Shown: one piece after another, positions 1 to 6,361 of the stretch
How the letters are laid out: the number at the start of each line of letters is the position of its first letter
Numbering within the stretch: position 1 is the first letter of the stretch
Assembly: GCA_963456275.1 (NCBI GenBank)
Contig: CAUOLJ010000003.1
Span: 201 to 64,200, forward strand
Direction: 5' to 3'
Source: an uncultured Candidatus Saccharibacteria bacterium
GTDB taxonomy: Bacteria > Patescibacteriota > Saccharimonadia > Saccharimonadales > Saccharimonadaceae
Length of the DNA: 64,000 bases
Position numbers and translations under genes: made by a program
The notes under the pieces: generated by a model
The model's database searches: none
What the model was told of the DNA's origin: nothing
What the model saw: the letters and a program-made list of their open reading frames with translations, nothing else

Positions 1-390
1 AAAAAATATGACATAGGCCCGCCAGATGCTTTGGAGATTCTTGAACTGATTAATTATGCTCGTAGTAAAGAAAATCTGAAGCCGTTAAAAATGTACGAGC
101 CGCTTAACCGAACAGCGCAGTGGATGGCGAATGACATGAAAGAGAATAATTATTTTAGCCATTATAAACCAGGCACAACTATTCCGCACGGACTGCTTAA
201 AGCGAGGGCTGTCTGCAACGCGCCAGCCGAGAATCTGGTGCAAACTTCGCCACCAGATCTGCACACTAGCCGCGTGGCATTCAACGCCTGGATGCAATCG
301 CCGCCGCACAGGCAATCCATCATGTCGAGCACCTACACGCTAACCGGATTTGGCATTGCCGGCAATAAGATTGTGGAGCATTTTTGTTGA
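1..390 (+). CDS. CAP/SCP-domain protein, C-terminal part (begins before window)
   Basis: Frame open from base 1; motifs LINxxR, AQxxAxDM..YFSH, AENL, WMxSPxHR, GFGI. Confidence 0.85.
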   Translation, partial: KKYDIGPPDALEILELINYARSKENLKPLKMYEPLNRTAQWMANDMKENNYFSHYKPGTTIPHGLLKARAVCNAPAENLVQTSPPDLHTSRVAFNAWMQSPPHRQSIMSSTYTLTGFGIAGNKIVEHFC

Positions 391-556
391 GTGTGTGTTT
401 AAACTGCCCGTCTTATAGCCATTCTCGCCGCCATTGGTATTCTATGAAAACTGCGCGGATAAATCTGATGTAGGGAGGCGATATCCTGCTAATACCTCAT
501 GATTTAAGTATGAACAAGATGGGTGGTTTGGATAAATCGGATGAAGGCTAAATACT

Positions 557-2017
557 TTACAATATAACATTACTCCACTCAAACATACTCCTGCCTAAGT
601 CTTCTCTATTAGTGATTCCAGCGCGAGAAAATACGTGCAGCAAATTTTGATTACTACATGACATAAATAAGTCGTCATAGTTACGAGAAATATTATGCCA
701 TATCCTGTCCTTAGTTTCTAAATAATCACTATTGATAATCTTGCATATCATACATAGAAAATCTTTATCCTTAAGTTTTTCTATAAACTCTGGTATATAT
801 CGTTCCCATGAAGGACCTAGTAGAATTCCTAATAACCACGGAAATTTTCCAAACATTAGATACTGTATGATATTGCCATCAAGGTATGTCTGCAGGAGGC
901 TTGGATTGTCAGCAAAACGCTCTTGCAGGAGTTGAGTTGTCGGGAGTGTAAGGTTCGCATCTTTTAATTTTTTATAGTGATCTAATACATGTTCAGGATA
1001 GTTTATTGTCGTAATATTTTCCAGATCTATATTATTAGCGATCGGGAGGAGACTACTTGGATTAATTAGTCTTATTTTTGCTATTGTTGGCAGTATGGTC
1101 CATGACTTGCTATCAACGATAGAGCCAACGATTAAGGATATTATTTCGTTGATAATCAAAGAATAGTACTCGATTGAAATTTCATGAGATATACTAGTAT
1201 TTTTAGAAATTTCAGCGTAGTGATCTAGAATAATTTGAATTGATTTGTATGCCTGTTCTAGTATATCCGCTCTTTCGTATTCAGCGGCCTTTTCAAGAAT
1301 TTCATGTAGCTCAATAGCTATGTCTTTAGTAGCACAATACGCATTATATACATTTGCTGTGTATTCCTCCGCTGCTACGCCTTCGTTAAATACACCAGGT
1401 GATAAGTCTAAGTATTGCTCATAGGTGTTTGCAAAATAATCTCTTATAGTTTTCTTTGCTGGCTTTCCGTTTTCAATTGCGCGAATAAGACTATCTTTAT
1501 AGGATTGAGTTTTGTTAATTTTTTCTTCGTTTGCCAACGAATCCAGGTGTGCTACGATAGCCTCCTTTAGGCTTCTCTTTAGTAATATAGCTTTATTATC
1601 TTTTTTTATAGAAAACCCTATCGTTCTTTGATGGGCAATATCAAATGGCAGTTCTTCCATTCTACCCAGATCAATATTTGCAACTTGGATAACCTTCTCC
1701 TCTGTGTGCTTACCAATTGCATATCCAAGTTCAAACATCACGTTTTGATTAACGATACCTTTTCCAGACTTGCCTCTGTCAATAATGGATACGTCTGCAA
1801 GAAAAATGCCGCAATTATTAATCTTTTCCTTGATGGTGGCTCCTATGTTAACGGCTCCTACCGCACCTTTCGTATCCTTATCTAATTCGACTCTTGGTGA
1901 CTCTTCTAATGCAGGAGTGTCGGAGATTTCTTTAATAACATCTAGCAGGGTTTTTTCGATATGACGTCGTGTTTTCGGGTGGTTAGACTGCCATGAATAA
2001 AATACTTTTCTTTTCAT
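557..2017 (-). CDS. TIR-like / nucleoside-deoxyribosyltransferase-like nucleotide-binding domain protein, probable defence gene
   Basis: N-terminal KVFYSWQS...IFLADVS...NQNVMFELGYAIG...LPFDI motifs; long divergent C-terminus; AT-rich. Confidence 0.7.
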   Translation of the reverse strand: MKRKVFYSWQSNHPKTRRHIEKTLLDVIKEISDTPALEESPRVELDKDTKGAVGAVNIGATIKEKINNCGIFLADVSIIDRGKSGKGIVNQNVMFELGYAIGKHTEEKVIQVANIDLGRMEELPFDIAHQRTIGFSIKKDNKAILLKRSLKEAIVAHLDSLANEEKINKTQSYKDSLIRAIENGKPAKKTIRDYFANTYEQYLDLSPGVFNEGVAAEEYTANVYNAYCATKDIAIELHEILEKAAEYERADILEQAYKSIQIILDHYAEISKNTSISHEISIEYYSLIINEIISLIVGSIVDSKSWTILPTIAKIRLINPSSLLPIANNIDLENITTINYPEHVLDHYKKLKDANLTLPTTQLLQERFADNPSLLQTYLDGNIIQYLMFGKFPWLLGILLGPSWERYIPEFIEKLKDKDFLCMICKIINSDYLETKDRIWHNISRNYDDLFMSCSNQNLLHVFSRAGITNREDLGRSMFEWSNVIL

Positions 2018-2084
2018 AATATTCCTCTAGTTTAGTATATTACATTTCAGGTTTGAATAAGGGTTGCAAAATTAGTACATTAAT

Positions 2085-2111
2085 AAAACAAAAAGACGCA
2101 CCAATAGCGTC
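2085..2111 (-). terminator. Probable intrinsic terminator downstream of the RT operon
   Basis: Minus strand GACGC-TATTGGT-GCGTC followed by TTTTGTTTT. Confidence 0.5.
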
Positions 2112-2120
2112 CTTATCCTA

Positions 2121-2185
2121 ATTGGTGGTAATTTACGCCAAAGCTCGAACCCATTTCGAGCTTAAAAGCTGAGCCATGTAGGCTC
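2121..2185 (+). repeat. 65-bp inverted repeat, left copy (partner 5273-5337)
   Basis: Reverse complement matches 5273-5337 at 58/65 positions by hand alignment. Confidence 0.9.
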
Positions 2186-2392
2186 AGCCCCAACGCCTGT
2201 GCCAGCAAAGCTGGCATGCGTCCAGTCAGAAAAACCGCTCCTTGAATTATCTTTTTGAAATTTCCCCGCCTTATTTTTCTCTTTAGTTGAAAGGGTCGGA
2301 TTTTTTCTGTCGGTCCGCCCACCGAAATCGGTGGAGGCGTTGTGGCTTCGCTCGGGCGGCAGAACCGCCACATCTTTGCAAGCAAGGCGTTC

Positions 2393-3394
2393 CTAACGCT
2401 CAACATATTCTTTATAGCGCAAAGTCGATTTTCGTTTTTTACGTATCGTGGTATTTCTCCTTCGGGACTCCTTATACCTATGCGTCAAGTTGGCTAACTT
2501 CCATCGAGTTTTCGTACCGAGTGTTAATGAGTTTCTATTCATCTGTAATCCCAGATGCTCAAAACCTCGCTTTCCTTGATAAATTCCATCTATGTCGTAT
2601 TCGTCGCCGGAATGGTATATGATTTTGGTTTTTGCGTCATTGAGCGGCAGCTTCTGATTTTTGTCGCTCTCAAGAATAGTCTTGATTTTTGGATAAAGCT
2701 TCATCATATCCTCTTTGGTGATTCCACTTGCCGTAATAGCAATATCATCAACGTAAATAGCAATACGAGGATCTTTGCCTTGTAGCTCCTTTTTCACAAG
2801 TCGCTCGAGCCTGAGGAATGTATCGAGATTACACCATACCGCCAGGCGAGACGAAGTTGAAAACCCGCGGGCGATTGTCTTATAAGTTCCGGGGTTATCT
2901 TTCGCACCAATTGGCACACAACAAAGGTCGGCCAGCAATCTTGCACCTCTTTGCCCACATTGACCCTTGGCTAAAAAGAAGCTATAGACACGTTCATATT
3001 TAATTTGCTCAAAAAACCGTGAAACATCCAGCTTGAGGATAATTCGCTTCCGCTTTACTCCGAGCAGGTGTGTTACTGCGACTTTATGGTTCCGTCCGCT
3101 CACGCCTCCGAATACGAACGTTGGAATAAGTGAGTCATGGGGAGCTAAAACTTTTACATTAATAAGCTTGAGTAATTTTCCCAGGTCGGTGCGCGATGCG
3201 TCGCGCACCCATTTACCTTTTTCGGGTTGCGATTGTGTGGGATGGTCAGTCCAGTAGTTGTCGTAGTTCATCTTAACGTCGCTTACCAGTCTTGCCATAT
3301 CCTCAACTGAATCTCGCTTATCACTTAAACGTTTCGCAAGCTCTCGCTTGCTCCGAATGGCGATTTTAGGATAGTTATGTTGGTTATTTTTCAT
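2393..3394 (-). CDS. Reverse transcriptase, retron-like (333 aa)
   Basis: LKLDVSRFF (RT3), ARGFSTSS (RT4-like), IYVDDIAIT (catalytic YxDD), HLGL; RT-only size, no maturase or endonuclease domain. Confidence 0.92.
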   Translation of the reverse strand: MKNNQHNYPKIAIRSKRELAKRLSDKRDSVEDMARLVSDVKMNYDNYWTDHPTQSQPEKGKWVRDASRTDLGKLLKLINVKVLAPHDSLIPTFVFGGVSGRNHKVAVTHLLGVKRKRIILKLDVSRFFEQIKYERVYSFFLAKGQCGQRGARLLADLCCVPIGAKDNPGTYKTIARGFSTSSRLAVWCNLDTFLRLERLVKKELQGKDPRIAIYVDDIAITASGITKEDMMKLYPKIKTILESDKNQKLPLNDAKTKIIYHSGDEYDIDGIYQGKRGFEHLGLQMNRNSLTLGTKTRWKLANLTHRYKESRRRNTTIRKKRKSTLRYKEYVER

Positions 3395-3710
3395 TGCGCC
3401 TTAATAACTTTGCTCGTTCTTTGATGAGATGATTTTGTAACTTGGTACCCCAACCTATAAATTGTTTTTCAATAACAGATAGTTTTTTACCGTTTTCGAC
3501 ATTCTCTCCATACAAAAAAGGAGTTATCGAGGCCGGGTGTACTTTTAAGCCATCAGCAAGCTTCAAAATTAGCTTTTTTGACACCTCTTTTTGTCCACTT
3601 TCGACCATAGCAATCAAAACCGGCGACACATCTATGGCCTTAGCAAGCTCGGTCTGCGTTAAACCAGCTTCGTTGCGTATCTTTTTGATTAGTTCTGGGA
3701 ATGAATACAT
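3384..3710 (-). CDS. XRE/Cro-family HTH protein, overlapping the RT start
   Basis: IKKIRNEAGLTQTELAKAIDVSPVLIAMVESG; 11-nt overlap with RT. Confidence 0.92.
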   Translation of the reverse strand: MYSFPELIKKIRNEAGLTQTELAKAIDVSPVLIAMVESGQKEVSKKLILKLADGLKVHPASITPFLYGENVENGKKLSVIEKQFIGWGTKLQNHLIKERAKLLRRNEK

Positions 3711-3729
3711 TGTTTTACCTTCATAACGA

Positions 3730-3897
3730 CTACAAGCCGGAGGTAATTTGACTTAAATCATGTCGCGGATAATTCTGACTATTTGTAAAATAATCTTCAT
3801 TATCCGCAAGACCTTGGTAAAAGTCTTCATTATTACCCTCCGGCTTGCGATACGGATGCCACAGTTTAGTTGGTAAAGAAATAAGTTGCTTTTCCAT
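3730..3897 (-). CDS. Unannotated 55-aa ORF (MEKQLISLPTKLWHPY...ITSGL) enclosing the peptide ORF in another frame
   Basis: AAAGGAAGG Shine-Dalgarno at 3910-3902, ATG 3897, TAG 3732-3730. Confidence 0.5.
   Translation of the reverse strand: MEKQLISLPTKLWHPYRKPEGNNEDFYQGLADNEDYFTNSQNYPRHDLSQITSGL
3753..3830 (-). CDS. Unannotated 25-aa cationic amphipathic peptide MKTFTKVLRIMKIILQIVRIIRDMI, candidate toxin
   Basis: GGAGG SD at 3841-3837, ATG 3830, TAA 3755-3753; SD paired with CCTCC at 3743-3739. Confidence 0.65.
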   Translation of the reverse strand: MKTFTKVLRIMKIILQIVRIIRDMI

Positions 3898-3914
3898 ATG
3901 GCCTTCCTTTCTAA

Positions 3915-4217
3915 CAAGCTAGATTAAAATATTTAGTTAGTAAAAGTTGGACAATCTTACTCTCGGGGCTATCGTTTCGATTGGTATAGACATCCGGTAA
4001 TACCCTAGTCGGCAAGATATAAATCTCGTAGCCCCGATTTGGATAGTCCCTGTGCTGGAAGCATTGCTTCAAGCCACGTAACATGTACAACGCGCGGAAT
4101 ACCGACCCGTGGTACAAGTCCTCACTCTGAATGGAATGGGTCAAATGCGTTTTATAGCATCTCAATCTATCGATTTGACAGCTTTATCGCTAAACTGATT
4201 TTTAACTTACTAGCCTG
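3915..4217 (-). ncRNA. Candidate RT-associated ncRNA (msr/msd-like)
   Basis: Ends pair (CAGGCUAG 4217-4210 with CUAGCUUG 3922-3915, plus UUAAAA/UUUUAA and UUUAG/CUAAA); internal stems 3963-3971/4029-4037, 4058-4070, 4140-4146/4173-4179. Confidence 0.6.
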
Positions 4218-4222
4218 CTACC

Positions 4223-4252
4223 AGTATATACAAAACGTATAAGTCCTGTCAA
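4223..4252 (-). promoter_or_regulatory. Sigma70 promoter of the RT operon
   Basis: TTGACA (4252-4247), 18-nt spacer, TATACT (4228-4223); predicted start about 4217. Confidence 0.7.
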
Positions 4253-4267
4253 GACTTTGGTTCACCC

Positions 4268-5157
4268 AACTAACCTGGAACAGCCATAGCAAACCGTAGG
4301 AATGCTATTGGGCTGGCGAACAGTTCTGGCTGGTTAGCTCTTGCCATCCATTCTCGGCAAAGAGAGTCTAGCTGTCTCGTCAGGATTCTTCCTCCGAACA
4401 GCTTCCGAGCATGCCGCTTCGTCACGCTCCAGATATTCTCTCCTTGGTTGGTACCGGCAAAGCACTCTTTGCTATGATTCCAGCTCTCATGGGCGTAGCC
4501 AAGTAGTTCTAGCTCGTCATACGCCCACCATTTGTCGCTTGCCACTAGGCTGCCTGCTACGATGTAGTCCTGAACAAATTGTTCAAGCGGTTGTCTATCC
4601 CGGCTGTCGGTAATGCGTAGGGCAATGCGCCCAGTCGCAGTGTCTTTAGCGCCAACTACGATGCGCTGAGGCTGTTTGGATCGCCTCTTGCCAAAGTAGC
4701 TTTCATCTACTTGCACCACACCCTCCAATATAGCGGTGAGCTTGCTGCTGTCAGGCAGTTGCTTGCGAAATCGGGCAAACCAGCGCCGAACAGTAGTATA
4801 GCTTACGCCAGCTAATAGATATGCCTGCCGTTTCTGTTGAGCGTTTTGTTTGCCAACAGTAGAGCAGGATGAACAGCTGCCGAGAACTTAGCTTCATGCC
4901 GTATAGCCAGCTAGCCTGGTAGCTGGTTGGACGATGCTTCTTGCGACAGAACTTGCACCATAGATATCTGTTGCAATAGCTCTCCTGAAGACTTGTGCGG
5001 CAGCGAGGACACAATACCTCATCGCCGAAAGCCAATTTGTTAAGGATCTGCCAATATTTCTTGTTACTGGCAAACTTTGGTATGGTAGACATTAGGAACA
5101 CCTCCTTTTACTTAGTTGCTATTCACTCCTAAGTTTACGGGATGTTCTGGTTTAGTT
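4268..5157 (-). mobile_element. IS1595-family insertion sequence
   Basis: Zn-ribbon plus ISXO2-type DDE transposase; imperfect terminal inverted repeats 4268-4285 and 5140-5157 (14/18). Confidence 0.8.
4270..5092 (-). pseudogene. IS1595 transposase, frameshifted
   Basis: CPRC..CKFC in the 5' frame, VQVDESYFG..SDKWWAY..H in the 3' frame; frames joined by removing a TGCC duplication at 4822-4829. Confidence 0.85.
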
Positions 5158-5272
5158 TAATGGACCTGCGAGACTTAGCGTTGCATTTATTCATGATGAT
5201 ATCTACGACGATAAGATATTCCAGTCTTGGCGGTAGACCTTGGTGGTAAAGTAGTTTTAGTTTGAGAGCGCG

Positions 5273-5337
5273 GAGCCTGTACAGCTCAGCTTTTACGCTT
5301 GAAATGGGTTCGAGCTTTGGCGTATATTACCACCAAT
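5273..5337 (-). repeat. 65-bp inverted repeat, right copy (partner 2121-2185)
   Basis: 58/65 identity to the reverse complement of 2121-2185. Confidence 0.9.
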
Positions 5338-5629
5338 AGAACTAAAACGGTCGCCCATTTGGGCGACGAAATATCAGCAATTTTGTATTGGTGCGGAATT
5401 ACAGAACCTACTCAAACTTTTTGAATACATTATGGATTACCCTGGTCCAGCTCCAGCAATAAAAAGACGTACAGCGCAGCATAAACAAACGCTATCAATT
5501 ATTTATTAGTAGCAATCTGTTGTGATATCAGAAGATAGTTTACAGGGGGTTGTTACTCTTTAATACGTAGAAATGTCATTCCGCTATGTAAATGGTAAAT
5601 TTTTGGGTGCAAAGTTGCCAATACTTTTT

Positions 5630-5800
5630 TTAAGCGTGCCAATAATGATTAGGGCTAATTGAGTAGTATAGAATTGTAAAGAAACCAACGCCAACCAGGC
5701 ATAGTAAGATGTGTTTTATAATACTATGTCCCTTTTGCTCTCGTACATAGTTAAAATTTTCTTGTTTTGTGTTTCCTGATGATTGTTGATGGTTGTTCAT
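5630..5800 (-). CDS. Unannotated 56-aa small membrane protein (MNNHQQSSG...HILLCLVGVGFFTILYYSISPNHYWHA)
   Basis: GGAGG SD, ATG 5800, TAA 5632-5630; one hydrophobic segment. Confidence 0.7.
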   Translation of the reverse strand: MNNHQQSSGNTKQENFNYVREQKGHSIIKHILLCLVGVGFFTILYYSISPNHYWHA

Positions 5801-5823
5801 AATACCTCCATTATTTAATTATT

Positions 5824-5941
5824 AAAAAAGGACAGCCACTGCTGGCTGTCTAGACCCACAACGAGAAGTTTTATCCCTATTGCTTTTAGCAAATGGCTGC
5901 CCATTTTCGGGATAAAATGAGCCCTGTTGTGAATCTAGACA
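5824..5941 (-). ncRNA. Structured leader or sRNA with overlapping intrinsic terminator
   Basis: Nested stems 5847-5854/5934-5941, 5857-5862/5926-5931, 5869-5877/5909-5917, 5880-5884/5888-5892; terminator 5831-5850 plus T6; extended -10 TGCTATAAT at 5956-5948. Confidence 0.6.
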
Positions 5942-6361
5942 TTATCTATTATAGCATTTTGATGTAAAATTTGAATTTCTGATATAATAGGTAATGTAAT
6001 TAATAAAATAACCGCATTCTAGTGTGGCTACATAGCGGAGACGGACCGCGTAAAAAACGGGTAGCACATTTACACATTAGAATAAGCATACGAGAACAGC
6101 TCGGTAAAAATGGGGCTTTTAGCGGACTAACTGAAGTAACTGCTTCAAGGAGTCTCGTATGTCCCCTTCATCTAACCGAAAAGTTTTCATCGATGACAGT
6201 ATATTAAAGTTGCTCAATGTATTGTTTAAATATAGCGACAAGCACAATGAAAAAATAAACACCACATCAAATAGACAGCGCTACATAATCAATAGAGGAG
6301 TAAAAATCCTTTTATAGTTCCCTATAGCCTAAATTAGCTCTAACTATAGGTAGGGGCTATA

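Noticed and set aside
2113..2406. ORFs 2113-2406, 2162-2371 and 2287-2622 as proteins
   Set aside because: They cross a hairpin-rich repeat region or are antisense to the RT; no clear SD or recognisable motif.
2393..3394. RT as a group II intron, DGR or CRISPR-associated RT
   Set aside because: No maturase domain or intron domain V seen, no template/variable repeat pair differing at adenines, and no cas genes or array in the window.
3911..4165. 84-aa ORF as the RT effector
   Set aside because: No evident SD or motif, and it lies inside the folded leader; not fully excluded.
4247..4252. IS-supplied -35 forming a hybrid promoter
   Set aside because: The IS inverted repeat appears to end at about 4268, so the -35 lies outside the element.
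5273..5337. tRNA gene (GGTTCGAG...CCACCA)
   Set aside because: No cloverleaf, and the spacing from the T-loop-like motif to CCA is wrong.
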